IMG/VR virus record: IMGVR_UViG_3300030207_004217
Location: 1 to 64,000 of that record
Direction: 5' to 3' (one strand)
Length of the DNA stretch: 64,000 nt
DNA from: a virus
Taxonomy: Duplodnaviria; Caudoviricetes
Every line of letters starts with the position of its first letter. The first letter of the stretch is position 1. Below, piece after piece: positions 28,701-38,496 of the stretch. A model generated the notes under the pieces. That model was not told the origin of the DNA and searched no databases. It saw only the letters and a list, made by a program, of their open reading frames with translations. The translations under genes were made by a program, and so were the position numbers.

Positions 28701-31700
28701 TTTCCAGTAGCATTACCTATGTGAAGTCTAGATTGCGGATTATTTGTGCCTATACCCAAGCGGTAATTAGTTACATTGTAATTTAAATTTTGAGCCGCAT
28801 TAGTTCCATTTTGAGGACCAAGAGCTAAAATATTATTTTCTACAGAGACATAAGCAGCAGTATCATCATCTTGTAGTAAAATACTAGCTTTATTGTCATT
28901 TGATTTAAATTGAGCAAGAATATCAGAACTACTTACTACATTTAAATTGTAAGTTAAAGTATCTGTTCCTATGCCAACAGCATTAGTAAACCTTCCATAA
29001 TCTACATAAGAACCACCATATCTGTTACTACTTGTTCCAAGATCACTTCCTCCATCAATTACAGGACGAAGAGTAGAGTAATGGCGACCATCATAATATT
29101 TATCAATATAATATTGACCACCGTAAGACAAGTCATTGCCAAGATCGTAATCGGCGGCATAAAGATTGTTTATTCTGAAATAACTCCCCGCTCTAGCAAA
29201 ACTATATCTTAATCCAGTAGTAGCATTTGCACCTCCTCCATTACTTGCGATTCTTGCTATAAGTGCAGTTTTAGTATTCCCAGTTGTATCAAGAATGGTT
29301 TGCCATGCCCCCGTTCTGTGAGCTTCTATCTTAACATGAGTGGCTCTAAATGAAGCAGAACCAAATATTGCAGCCGCTTGTGCGCTGTAGTTTAAAGATT
29401 TAACACCGTTGAAGTATAATTCAATAACACCAGTGCTTGCTACGCCAGTTGTTATGTCTCCATCAGGACCAGAATCAGTATACCAACTTCCTACAGTATG
29501 GTTATTAGCTTGGAAGGCTCTATCAAAATCTCCAGTGCCAGCTTCATTACTATATGTATATGATCCTGCACTTCCCCCTCTTGTTTTATATAGACCAGAA
29601 GTTTTTATTGTCACACCAGCCCACTTTGTGAAACCAGCGAGGTCGTTCATTAATAACGGATTCTGGAATCCGTAATCTTCTGTAGATGTGCTTGCAAAAA
29701 ACCCATCTATTGTTGTGCATGGACCAGTTCCAAATTGAGTTCCTAATAATCCTGATTGTGTTCTTATGGTTCCGTTGACATCTAAAGGATAAGAAGGAGT
29801 AGAATCATTAATACCAACACTATCTTCAGAAGCGTCTACAAATAAAGTATCTGTATCAACATAGAAATCTTTACTAGAATTAAAACCTCCAGCACTGGCG
29901 TGACTTATTCTAAAGGTAAGCGCTTGCCCTCCAGCGGCGTTTAAGAAAGTGTTACCATTCGGACCTTGAAGCAAAGCATAGTTACTTGTAGAGGCTTGGT
30001 CTAAATGTGCAAATCCAGCATAATCACCATAACCAACAGAACCAACATGCGCTCTACCTATTTGCGCTGATACATCTGTATTTGTTCCAACTTCTAATTT
30101 TTGAGAAGGACTAAGAACCCCAATACCAACATTACCTGTAGCATCAAAGTTAATAGTTGCAGATTCTAGAGAGGTAGCATTTGGTCTAAATCGTAACTTA
30201 TCATCAGATGTTGCGTTTATCCAATATCTATTTGGTCCGTCTCCAAATCTTATATATCCACCATAACCAGAGGCTGATGTAATCAACAAAGATGAATGAT
30301 TGTCAGTGCTTCTCAAACGAGCGCCTTGGTCTCCTGTAAATACAGTATCTAATACATAAGCTGGAGAAGTGCTTCCTATACCTACATGTCCATCACTCTG
30401 TATTCTAACTTTGTCAGATGCCGCGACTTGAAATTGCAAGTAATCAGAGTTACCAACTATTCTTGTGTTACTACTATTCCAAGTTAAGTAATTATTATCT
30501 AATAATTTTATACCTCCAGCGACATCAAGTTTTGCTGATGGAACATTACTGCCTATACCTACATCACCATCAGTCTCGATACGCATAAACTCCGTATCAG
30601 AAGTCCCGTTGTCTCCAAGGAATACAAATTTTCCGTTACTAGCGTTAGATCTAGAGTAGAAATTTAAAGATGTTCCTGCTCTTTCTATTTCACTAAAATG
30701 ATTTGTTAAATCAGAGTCTGTTAGCCTTATAGCAGGAAGCGATGAAGATATCTCTAGTTCTGCACTAGGACTAGTTATATCTCCAATAGCAAGACCATTT
30801 CCATTAAGAGACATTCTCCTACCTCCCGCTGCTCCGAAGTCTAGTCTGCTATTGCCATGTCTATATTGAACCCAACCCTGATAAGCGGCTGATCCAACCG
30901 TTCCGTCAGCAAAATATAAACTCGCGCTATGGGAAGTCCCAGCAAAGATCGTCATGCCTTGTGCTGCCGACCCATCACCAACGACAAGTCTGTTACCCTC
31001 ACTGGTAAAATCTTGTGGGTTAACATTTCCTATACCAACCCTATCACTAAACAATCCAGAGACTCCAGATACAATTTTTTCTGAAATTATATTTGTTGTA
31101 GTGGTATCACCTCTAGTGGTAACAGTCTGTAAAGTATCTGTATCTAGATCACTAGCTCCTGTCATGACAGGATTACCATTAACGTAAAGACCGCTATCAC
31201 TTTGAACGTAAACCCCACTCTTGAAAGACATGAGTAAGCTGTTGTCACCGCTAGAGAAGGCAGTTGCAGGTGTTCCATCAGAAAATACAAAAGCTCCGTT
31301 ATGTCTAACTTTGGCGAAAGAGCCAAGAGCAACTCCATAAGTCCCTGAGACAGCATTCTCCTGCCCTCCTCCTATAAAGGAATTTGTTCCATTTAATATA
31401 TTCCCTAATCCACCAACTATAACTGCCCCGTCAGAATCTTCTTTAATTGTATTTGACGCTCCCGCGCCAATAAAACCGTAATGAGATTTCTCTACTTTAT
31501 TATTAACTCCACCTACAATTGCACCAGCACTTTCTGAATTTCCTGATACTAAGTTATCGTATCCTCCTGCAATAACTGAAGCAAAAACACCTTCTATCTG
31601 ATTAGAATAACCACCGCCAATACTATTAGTGTTTATACCTGATATTAAGTTGTCATAACCCCCAGCTATGACGGACCAATTACTTCCAGTGATATCGTTA

Positions 31701-33652
31701 TTTCTACCACCAACGCTTACAGAAAATTCACTATTTATAATGTCGATTCCAGAACCTCCACCAATGAAGTTCATAGATTTGCCTGAGATGGTGTTATTAG
31801 CTCCAGCCGTTATAACATTGTAATGACCACTAATCGAGTTACCAGAACCTGCTAAAATAGCGGAGCCAGTAGCAGGAGAGCTTCCAATAATGTAACCATT
31901 TTGGGCAGAATAAGATGCTGCTTGGTCAGGGCTGTATTGGAAGGGTGTTCCCGCTTTAGCGGCGGCGGTATCGTCATATGAAGTTCTAAATGCAGTGATT
32001 GCCTGTCCAAGTAATACATGAGGCTTGCCATCTGCTGCATTTAATTCTACGGTGACAATTTGTTCATCATCATTACCAAACTGAAGAACTCCTTTTGTGG
32101 CGACAGATTCATCTTGGATTTTTGTTTTACCTTTAATGTCTAGAGAAGTTCCTGCTGTAGAAGTGTTTTGCCCTATAGCTACAGGGCCAGCGTCAAAGAA
32201 GGTTTGAGTATCACTTTTAGCTGCTATTTGGTTTGTGGTAGTGCCAGCAGAATTTGTTTGAGTGTAAGTTGCATTTCCTGCGCCATCTGCGCCGACTACG
32301 TTTGTAGCTTGATCACCAGCAGCATTGGATGTAGTGACCGTTCCCTCACTAGAGCTATTGCTACCCATCTCGACGCTTGTAGCACCATCAGTAGAATTTA
32401 CTTGGACAACACCATGATCCGATGTGTCTTCTTTTAACTCTACAATTTCATTTGTTGTATCTCCATTAGCATAAACAGAAACTCCATTTTTACTTGATCC
32501 TTTTGTTACGACACTAAGTGGAGAGCTACCAATCGATGAAGAACCACCAAGCGTAACTTCTGTGGTAGTTGTAGATCCTTCATCTGTAACCTCTTGTAAA
32601 GTGGGTGTATCGTGAGTAGGCTCAGTATGAGTTATTAATATAGTATCATTATCGCTTGTAACTGAAGTTAATCCAATGCTGATATTTGGACCAGTAACAT
32701 CAATTCCTCTAAACTCAAATGGTCTAATAGAATCATCTACATAGACTTTTTGTCCTCCTCCCCCTTCAACATTTATGGCATGACCGCCGCTAATTAAAAT
32801 CCTATCACCGTTTCTTGGGTCAATTGATACCTTAACATTATTTTGATCACTATCTGACTCTGAGCCTATAAGAGTTCTAAATTCAAAACCCTCTTGTGGA
32901 TCTAATGATGGAGCGCCGTCATTGTAAACTTCTACCGCTGAACCTATATTTACACATGCGCCAGTGCTTGCTCCACCTGCTCCAGTTTCAGAGTTAATTA
33001 CTATGGATGTGTCGCCTTGAGTAATATATACCCCCGTTCCAGCAACAATGCTCCTAACTCTTACTGGAGTTCCTTCATTATGGTGACCTTCATCTACAAA
33101 AGGTAGAGCGCTAGTGCCGTCTACATAAGCACCTAGCTGTCTAAACTGTCTATCAGAAAGTTGTATATTGCTTCTTTGGGTATATTCCTCTAGAGATCCA
33201 TCTTTTAATTTGCAAATAGGAAAGTATCCTGTGAATTCTGTAACGGTAGTGTCTGTCTGATCAAAAAGAATATGAGGAAAATCCGTGACTAAATCATCAA
33301 CTGCTGATGTTCCTTCTCCTCCTTCCCCTTCTCCACTAACTCCAGTAAAAGTAGCTTGTGATACTAAAAAGTTATCTGCGCTTATGATAAGCTCCACAAA
33401 ATAATTAACCTCATGCTCAAGGGGTAGACTGTAAGTCTCATCCATTCGGTCAATCTTTTGATTGTCCTTATCTTGAACTTGGCTCGATGAAGTTCTATTA
33501 ATGTAGTAACCTTGATTGAATTTAACAGAATAAGAATCAAGAAATCCTTCATCGTCAAAAACATAATCAATAGAAGGCAAGAAGGGGGTCACATCATTGA
33601 CAGTGAATCCCTCTTTTGACGTTCTGTTAAAAAAGTCCCCTATTTCAGCCAT
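25712..33652 (-). CDS. Long modular tail-fibre / adhesin-like protein (2646 aa)
   Basis: GNVGIG repeats, Gly-rich I.GG..N repeats, and a C-terminal GPIKVGDYIVTSS..GHG...GTIIAQAME domain common on fibres. Confidence 0.85.
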   Translation of the reverse strand: MAEIGDFFNRTSKEGFTVNDVTPFLPSIDYVFDDEGFLDSYSVKFNQGYYINRTSSSQVQDKDNQKIDRMDETYSLPLEHEVNYFVELIISADNFLVSQATFTGVSGEGEGGEGTSAVDDLVTDFPHILFDQTDTTVTEFTGYFPICKLKDGSLEEYTQRSNIQLSDRQFRQLGAYVDGTSALPFVDEGHHNEGTPVRVRSIVAGTGVYITQGDTSIVINSETGAGGASTGACVNIGSAVEVYNDGAPSLDPQEGFEFRTLIGSESDSDQNNVKVSIDPRNGDRILISGGHAINVEGGGGQKVYVDDSIRPFEFRGIDVTGPNISIGLTSVTSDNDTILITHTEPTHDTPTLQEVTDEGSTTTTEVTLGGSSSIGSSPLSVVTKGSSKNGVSVYANGDTTNEIVELKEDTSDHGVVQVNSTDGATSVEMGSNSSSEGTVTTSNAAGDQATNVVGADGAGNATYTQTNSAGTTTNQIAAKSDTQTFFDAGPVAIGQNTSTAGTSLDIKGKTKIQDESVATKGVLQFGNDDEQIVTVELNAADGKPHVLLGQAITAFRTSYDDTAAAKAGTPFQYSPDQAASYSAQNGYIIGSSPATGSAILAGSGNSISGHYNVITAGANNTISGKSMNFIGGGSGIDIINSEFSVSVGGRNNDITGSNWSVIAGGYDNLISGINTNSIGGGYSNQIEGVFASVIAGGYDNLVSGNSESAGAIVGGVNNKVEKSHYGFIGAGASNTIKEDSDGAVIVGGLGNILNGTNSFIGGGQENAVSGTYGVALGSFAKVRHNGAFVFSDGTPATAFSSGDNSLLMSFKSGVYVQSDSGLYVNGNPVMTGASDLDTDTLQTVTTRGDTTTTNIISEKIVSGVSGLFSDRVGIGNVNPQDFTSEGNRLVVGDGSAAQGMTIFAGTSHSASLYFADGTVGSAAYQGWVQYRHGNSRLDFGAAGGRRMSLNGNGLAIGDITSPSAELEISSSLPAIRLTDSDLTNHFSEIERAGTSLNFYSRSNASNGKFVFLGDNGTSDTEFMRIETDGDVGIGSNVPSAKLDVAGGIKLLDNNYLTWNSSNTRIVGNSDYLQFQVAASDKVRIQSDGHVGIGSTSPAYVLDTVFTGDQGARLRSTDNHSSLLITSASGYGGYIRFGDGPNRYWINATSDDKLRFRPNATSLESATINFDATGNVGIGVLSPSQKLEVGTNTDVSAQIGRAHVGSVGYGDYAGFAHLDQASTSNYALLQGPNGNTFLNAAGGQALTFRISHASAGGFNSSKDFYVDTDTLFVDASEDSVGINDSTPSYPLDVNGTIRTQSGLLGTQFGTGPCTTIDGFFASTSTEDYGFQNPLLMNDLAGFTKWAGVTIKTSGLYKTRGGSAGSYTYSNEAGTGDFDRAFQANNHTVGSWYTDSGPDGDITTGVASTGVIELYFNGVKSLNYSAQAAAIFGSASFRATHVKIEAHRTGAWQTILDTTGNTKTALIARIASNGGGANATTGLRYSFARAGSYFRINNLYAADYDLGNDLSYGGQYYIDKYYDGRHYSTLRPVIDGGSDLGTSSNRYGGSYVDYGRFTNAVGIGTDTLTYNLNVVSSSDILAQFKSNDNKASILLQDDDTAAYVSVENNILALGPQNGTNAAQNLNYNVTNYRLGIGTNNPQSRLHIGNATGNNLGLIFTNPTETVRQYFVDDSADSDFFITYDGNGGAEITLQHDGKLALNASNGDNVGIGTVNPAYKLDVDGTIHGTSGNFENGITIDGNPVVTGTSAFESDTLQTVTDQGNTTTNNIIINNAGSDPDYGALTITGGYALAHLRSTGTVAYLQFQNSTTSYGTMSNVGMTIGNNGHDAYVTNRQALGSVYLATSGEARVAIKPDGDVGIGSITPQGLLDVKADTDQNVFLGRARFGSHVTDYLYLSHYDNATSTSYALKQSPAGSTAINAKASMNVSMNVNNSPIVFVKGSNSNVGIGTTDPSKNLSVYNAGNAQVGISGTNVSILTISDPNSHGQLNTYNDGTFRINSVANAAGTQLVLSGSNVGVGTIPAKKLDVDGDTRVKNAEFQITSSSAYTTHLNYLDGGNNYISQANAGATIFRNSAGTLMSLNSAGTLNVGAAGVTNTRLHVTGAASDSLAKFKDGSDGVEITTRGASRQQIDFLGSNTSAINAKGSLFINYDSDNGGSNDTITFARNGVDEAGTVDMIITEGKVGIGTTEPSEKLAVSGNILVTGAGSAGPHLKLAGTYTTWEIENQYAGGANNDMFRIRNTELGEDALVINRGNNRVGVGITSPQSALHVYGDGGTAARIENGALKIRYPANNDAITITPSVGNEGRILASDGDTSTPHPLKIGGDYVRITTSGVSAATEVARFTAEGNVGIGTSDPDTKLHLQSGRLTIAGNGSEAIKVTNSDIVNFDLSTVRADLFRASAISNQLEFRGSSNRTRFLNSDGGTELFTITDAGNVGIGSTSPARKLDVSTNGADTYGIRNSYGASHYMEMAHNRFNAVGNNYIRFNIDDSTKMTIVDSDFGGGVNGVGIGTTSPSYELDVVGTTRSTYYIGGAYLEENASSSKLKFYTDGTVLVMDEDGELKPCEKENDTLVFGVTKRDFDSPVVLGAEPILVTGPIKVGDYIVTSSKQGHGQAMKEEKLGTIIAQAMESGDGESYNIKAMIRKM

Positions 33653-33983
33653 CTAAACCTTCCCTTACAAAAGAAGATGGATTCTCGTAATCAATTTGTA
33701 AAATTTCACCATCTTCGTCAAAGTAATACAAGCGGTCAAAGCAGTTAAACTTTAAATAATTCAATGTTTTGATCTCTTTCTCTATAAAATTATCAGCATT
33801 AGGGGAGTAGAAAAACTTAGTCCCCCCGCGCTTTAGAGAACCGTCAGGCCACAAATATTGCTTTTCAGCAAAATAACAATCTTTAAGAATGTTATTGCGC
33901 CAAACTTCAATATACGCGAAATCATTATCAAAGTCGTGCCGCTTTGTTTCGAGTTTTATAGACTTTTTAAGTATGGTTTTCAC
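33645..33983 (-). CDS. Hypothetical protein
   Basis: GTG start; overlaps the fibre gene start. Confidence 0.6.
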   Translation of the reverse strand: MKTILKKSIKLETKRHDFDNDFAYIEVWRNNILKDCYFAEKQYLWPDGSLKRGGTKFFYSPNADNFIEKEIKTLNYLKFNCFDRLYYFDEDGEILQIDYENPSSFVREGLDG

Positions 33984-34119
33984 TTTAATAATGATATAAA
34001 ATAGTTACACCTAATTCAATTATTTGTGTGCTAACCAAAAAAATACGGACCCTAAAAAGAGTCCGTATTTTTTATTTAAATTATTTTTTATTATCTACAG
34101 ACCGCAGATTGTTTTATCC

Positions 34120-35676
34120 TCATCCACCTTTTCCCTTAGCTTTTCTTACCTGCTCTTCAGTAGGAGCGCCTTTTTCGCCTTTCTTTCTCATTTTTTCCCC
34201 AGAACCCCTCTTAATTCTTTCCCTCTTCTTTCTGATGTTTTCCCAAAGACTGCTATCAGATTTCTCTTTTTCTTTTAGAATCTCTTTGTGGCGCTTCATG
34301 AAAGCTTCGTGATTAGGTCCAGCCATATAAAGAGTCTTGCCATCCTCTGTCTTATGGGTGTGAATCCCTTTTAAACCCATCTTTTCAGCATCTTTCATAG
34401 CTTTTTCTTTGCTATCAAAGTAGTGGTCATTCATGTCAGGAGAACCGTAAGACTTCTTCTTACCTCCATATCCAGCTTTACTCTCTTTTCCTTTTTGTTT
34501 TTTTAGAATCTCTTTTTGTAACCAAGTAGGAAGCTTCTTTTGCTTTTCTGTAAGACCTGCTTCATTTTCCTCCATTAAAGTAGCTCTATCTTTCTTATAT
34601 TGAACAGCACAAGCAGACATTGTTTGATCCATATCCATGTCTTTAGTATTGGTCATTTCTGCATCGTTCCTCATGCAGTGACTCATATAAGATTTAAACA
34701 TTGGCTTTTCTTTGTCATCCATGTCCATGCCGTATATTTTCTTTTTATATGCGGCTTTTGCTATATCTTGGTCAGCTTTTCTATAGGATTCTTTTACTTT
34801 GCCTCCCCTCATCATCTTAAGAAAGGTATTTACCCTAGCCATAGCCCAGCCATGACGAGACATATTAGGACGGTGAGATGTGCTGAAAGCGCCAGCACCC
34901 CTTCTATATACCCTCTTAAGTTGACCTAGAGTCACTTTCTTTGAGTATTTGGCATTGTGGGCTTTTACTTTTTCTTTTAAAGTATTCGTGGTTTTCTCAC
35001 TGAATGTGATCTTTCCTCCACCCTTTTTCGCGCTTCCTTTTGGGTTTCTCTTAGAACCCTTTTTTCTTTCACTCGGCTCTGCTGGTGTTTGTGCGCCACT
35101 CTTTGGCCCTCTCCTTTTTGCAGCTTCAGAAACTTCAGCTAAAGCAGGACAATCCCTAAGTAACTCTTCATGGTCAAAAAAAGTTTCGCCGTCCCACTCA
35201 TACTCCTCTGACCCTTTCGTAACATTTGTAACGCTTTTCTTGCTCCACATTTTACAAGACCAATAGCGAGCTTTTGTTTTTGGCCCCGCATTATCGCAGT
35301 TATGACGGCTTCTGAAAGCCTTCCTTCTTTTCGGGTCATCCCTTTTAATCTCCATATTAGGGTCTCCAAAGTTTACTTTAACTATGTTTCCTTTTTCGTT
35401 TTTTACATAAACAGAGAACTTTTTCGGGCCTTTTGGAGTTCTAAAAGGCTTATTTAAGGTTTTGTTCTCGTTAGCGGCTTCTGTAAAGAAAAGGGATGTA
35501 TCGTCTCCATCTTCAAAAACAACAGAGGCTTTAGACTCTGCATCTTTAAAAATATTCATGCAAACAGCCACTCGCTGCTTGTTATCGTTAAATTCACCTT
35601 TTTCGGTTAAATCAGAAACACAGCGACCCATGAAATCGCCACGTTTTTCATTATTTCTTGGAGTTGGTAATGGCAT
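34120..35676 (-). CDS. Highly basic multidomain phage protein (possible virion-internal DNA-binding protein)
   Basis: KKFSVYV...VNFGD...RR.AFRSRH.C...ARYWSC and VYRRGAGAF..SHRP...WAMARV modules; K/R-rich. Confidence 0.7.
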   Translation of the reverse strand: MPLPTPRNNEKRGDFMGRCVSDLTEKGEFNDNKQRVAVCMNIFKDAESKASVVFEDGDDTSLFFTEAANENKTLNKPFRTPKGPKKFSVYVKNEKGNIVKVNFGDPNMEIKRDDPKRRKAFRSRHNCDNAGPKTKARYWSCKMWSKKSVTNVTKGSEEYEWDGETFFDHEELLRDCPALAEVSEAAKRRGPKSGAQTPAEPSERKKGSKRNPKGSAKKGGGKITFSEKTTNTLKEKVKAHNAKYSKKVTLGQLKRVYRRGAGAFSTSHRPNMSRHGWAMARVNTFLKMMRGGKVKESYRKADQDIAKAAYKKKIYGMDMDDKEKPMFKSYMSHCMRNDAEMTNTKDMDMDQTMSACAVQYKKDRATLMEENEAGLTEKQKKLPTWLQKEILKKQKGKESKAGYGGKKKSYGSPDMNDHYFDSKEKAMKDAEKMGLKGIHTHKTEDGKTLYMAGPNHEAFMKRHKEILKEKEKSDSSLWENIRKKRERIKRGSGEKMRKKGEKGAPTEEQVRKAKGKGG

Positions 35677-35689
35677 ATTTTTTTTTACA

Positions 35690-36223
35690 CTATAAAAGTT
35701 CCATAGGGGAACGATATTCTTCGTATGGTAAGAACCAATGTTCGCAGGTATTTAGTATATCATACAGTAAAACAGTGGTCATTAAATCTTCTCTGCCCTT
35801 CCTAGTATATCCTTTATACAGGGAATCTTTGAAATTTGAGACCTTTTTGGTCCAGTCACAAGTATGAGCGAGGTCAAATAAGTCGTCATTTTTAACACAT
35901 AAAAAGAAAGCTCCATAGTCGAATGCTATCCATGCTGGCTTTTGTTCGCCATTGCACCAGCCCATTTTCCCTTGCACATTCTTTATCTCTAAAACTACTT
36001 TTCCTTCTTTTTGAGTTTGCTTTAGTCCTTTTACGTCAAATCCCGCCCCATCCACTACGAAGTCAGTATGGTTTGAAATATCATCTTCTTTGGATGTTTT
36101 TTTTATATCTTTACCCAAAGCGCGACAAGAATCGTAAAATCTTTGTTGACCCTCCGAGCCAGCGTTGATTGAATGCTTAACGTGCCTTGCTGAAGATAAA
36201 TTCTTAGCCTTGTGTGATATCAT
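35690..36223 (-). CDS. PD-(D/E)XK nuclease-like protein
   Basis: HTDFVVDG..FDVKG, LEIKNVQGK.GW. Confidence 0.6.
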   Translation of the reverse strand: MISHKAKNLSSARHVKHSINAGSEGQQRFYDSCRALGKDIKKTSKEDDISNHTDFVVDGAGFDVKGLKQTQKEGKVVLEIKNVQGKMGWCNGEQKPAWIAFDYGAFFLCVKNDDLFDLAHTCDWTKKVSNFKDSLYKGYTRKGREDLMTTVLLYDILNTCEHWFLPYEEYRSPMELL

Positions 36224-36561
36224 AAAGTCATTGATTTTGTTTCTCCTGTCCTCACATCCGTCATAAAAAAGTCTTTAACATTAAACGCTTTATCGTCAAT
36301 CCAGTAATCATATGATGGTTTGCCCATTCTTAGCTCTGTTCTTTTTACTCCCCATTCGTCTAATTGCCTCTTTGTTAAATTGCTATGGTCAATCCCACTT
36401 TGTTGCCCTCTAGCTGTCCAATATATAATTGTGTGTCCAGCATCATATAATTCATTAAAGAAATTTATTCTTTCTTTTATGGGTATAGCTCGACTGTAAG
36501 GAGTTGATTTGCTTTCATGCCTACATATTGTGCCGTCTATATCTACAATATACGTTTTCAT
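36220..36561 (-). CDS. Small HAD-superfamily phosphatase
   Basis: IVDIDGTIC, YWTARG, MGKP..DYWIDDK. Confidence 0.85.
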   Translation of the reverse strand: MKTYIVDIDGTICRHESKSTPYSRAIPIKERINFFNELYDAGHTIIYWTARGQQSGIDHSNLTKRQLDEWGVKRTELRMGKPSYDYWIDDKAFNVKDFFMTDVRTGETKSMTL

Positions 36562-37256
36562 TTAATTTTTGATACTATTTCAATAAATTTTTCATTCTTT
36601 TCATTGTTCTTTGTCCAAAAATCTATAAGGGATCTCAGACAATGTTCCCATGAGCAGTTACGGTTATTGAGAAATTTAAAAGAAGAAAGATAATTTAAAT
36701 TAATCCACCAATCCTCCCAAGGATTCACCCCATTTCCGTAAAGGCATACATTTTCAAAAAGCGGGTAATATCCCCTCTCTAATAATAAATCCTTTGATAC
36801 ATACTTATTTATATAATTCATCGCCTTACGATTATATAAATCATGTTCAAATGTCATGCATTTAAAATTAAATCCGTTTGCGATTAGGTTTGTTAAGCAC
36901 TTTATACCAGAGCCATCAATATCCAAAGAAATATAATCTATTATTTTTGATGGATAATGCTCTTTAATGAGATTAATAAATTCTTCAGAGCAAGCGTCAA
37001 GATTAAAAAATTGAGACTCTCTTACCTCTTTATATGAACGCTCCATATTTGGATGTTCTACTCCTAATCCCTCATCACTAATGTTATCTACACAGATCCC
37101 CTTCCATTGATTTTTTTCAAGTATATATGTATTATTGCAAATTAATGGTCCTCCACTACCAATATCTAAAAAAGTTTCTCCATGAGGAAGTAATCCTAGT
37201 GCAAATAAATCTTGTCCTTGAGCAGATTGGAAATGTTTTTTATCTTTTTGTTCCAT
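36558..37256 (-). CDS. FkbM-like methyltransferase
   Basis: SAQGQD, FLDIGSG, NNTY.LE, IDYISLDID, MTFEHD. Confidence 0.75.
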   Translation of the reverse strand: MEQKDKKHFQSAQGQDLFALGLLPHGETFLDIGSGGPLICNNTYILEKNQWKGICVDNISDEGLGVEHPNMERSYKEVRESQFFNLDACSEEFINLIKEHYPSKIIDYISLDIDGSGIKCLTNLIANGFNFKCMTFEHDLYNRKAMNYINKYVSKDLLLERGYYPLFENVCLYGNGVNPWEDWWINLNYLSSFKFLNNRNCSWEHCLRSLIDFWTKNNEKNEKFIEIVSKIK

Positions 37257-37258
37257 GC

Positions 37259-37753
37259 TTATTTTAATTTTTTTATTATATCTGTGGTGCTGATGTTTTC
37301 AACAAAAGGAATTACCTTTAGAATAGCAGAACCTTTCGCCTTGAGTTCAGATTTATTTAAAGAGCTTTCATCGTAATCACCCCCCTTGCACCAAAAATCA
37401 GGCTGAAGTTCTTTTAATTGTTTAGCTACAGTTTTAGTGTTGAAAATAAAAACATAATCAACAGCTTCATGACAGGCTACTGTATACGCTCTTTGTTTTG
37501 CTGGTAAAATTGGTCTACCCTCTCCCTTTAACGACTTAACACTTGCATCTCCATTTATACCAACTACTAATTTAGAATTTAAAGTGCAAGCATTTTTCAT
37601 TGAACTAAGTAAACTGGCGTGACCAGCATGAAATAGATCAAAACATCCATTTGTAAAAATGAAAAACTTTTTTATTCCGCATTTTTCTAACTCCTTAGCA
37701 AATTCCCTTTCTCTTTTTAAATTTTCAAAAGAAATTATTTTTTTATGTTTCAT
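37259..37753 (-). CDS. hldC: Heptose-1-phosphate adenylyltransferase (HldE/RfaE domain II)
   Basis: FTNGCFDLFHAGH, VVGINGDASVKSLKGEGRPI, KGGDY, STTDII. Confidence 0.88.
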   Translation of the reverse strand: MKHKKIISFENLKREREFAKELEKCGIKKFFIFTNGCFDLFHAGHASLLSSMKNACTLNSKLVVGINGDASVKSLKGEGRPILPAKQRAYTVACHEAVDYVFIFNTKTVAKQLKELQPDFWCKGGDYDESSLNKSELKAKGSAILKVIPFVENISTTDIIKKLK

Positions 37754-38496
37754 ATTGTCGCGACTCCTTTTTTGCGTATAACTTTCTGACAGCAATCTTG
37801 AGCAAGAGTAATAGCGGTATCAATATTTTTTGTAGCAGTAAACGCATAGGCTAAAGCCGCTAAAAAAGTATCTCCCGCTCCAGATACATCTCTGACTTCA
37901 GATGCGTTTTTAATTGGGTAGTCTTTATGATTATACCAACATCCTTTAGATGCTTTTGTTACGATTACATTTTCAGCTTTATGTTTCCAGCCGTTTTCTA
38001 GAAACTCTTTTTCGTTAATTTTTACAAAAGAAAAACCATCGGCCCATTCTGTATTAAATTCTTTTTTAGTATCTAAAAATGAAAGCTTACTTCTTTGAGA
38101 TATTTCTCTCAAATCTCTATCTTTTAAAAATCCTTTATTATAATCCGAAACCACAACAGCATCATAGTCTTCTATATCCGATGGTAAATCACCGCAATGA
38201 AGATAACTATCTGTATCGACTCTTAAGAACATTTGGTTCGAATCTATATCAATGTATCTAGTTTTATGACCCTTTGATTCATTGGTAAATAAATCAATTT
38301 TATTTTTATATGGCATACCTCTATGTGTATCTTCATCAAGTGCGACTAGATTTCTATATACATTTGTTGCCATTCCCAAATTATTGATACCGTCTTCTGG
38401 CACAAAAACTGGTGCTGGGGCTTCAGGGCAAAGACGACTAGCTCTACCATAGCAAAATCTATCGCTACAGGTTTCTCCTATAACCAAGAATTTCAT
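37750..38496 (-). CDS. hldA: Heptose-7-phosphate kinase (HldE/RfaE domain I, PfkB family)
   Basis: RLCPEAPAPV, VVSDYNKGFL, VRDVSGAGDTFLA. Confidence 0.88.
   Translation of the reverse strand: MKFLVIGETCSDRFCYGRASRLCPEAPAPVFVPEDGINNLGMATNVYRNLVALDEDTHRGMPYKNKIDLFTNESKGHKTRYIDIDSNQMFLRVDTDSYLHCGDLPSDIEDYDAVVVSDYNKGFLKDRDLREISQRSKLSFLDTKKEFNTEWADGFSFVKINEKEFLENGWKHKAENVIVTKASKGCWYNHKDYPIKNASEVRDVSGAGDTFLAALAYAFTATKNIDTAITLAQDCCQKVIRKKGVATI

Noticed and set aside
18005-33652. Diversity-generating retroelement acting on the fibres
   Set aside because: The shared ~110-bp segment is coding in both genes, differences are not confined to adenines, and no reverse transcriptase is in the window.
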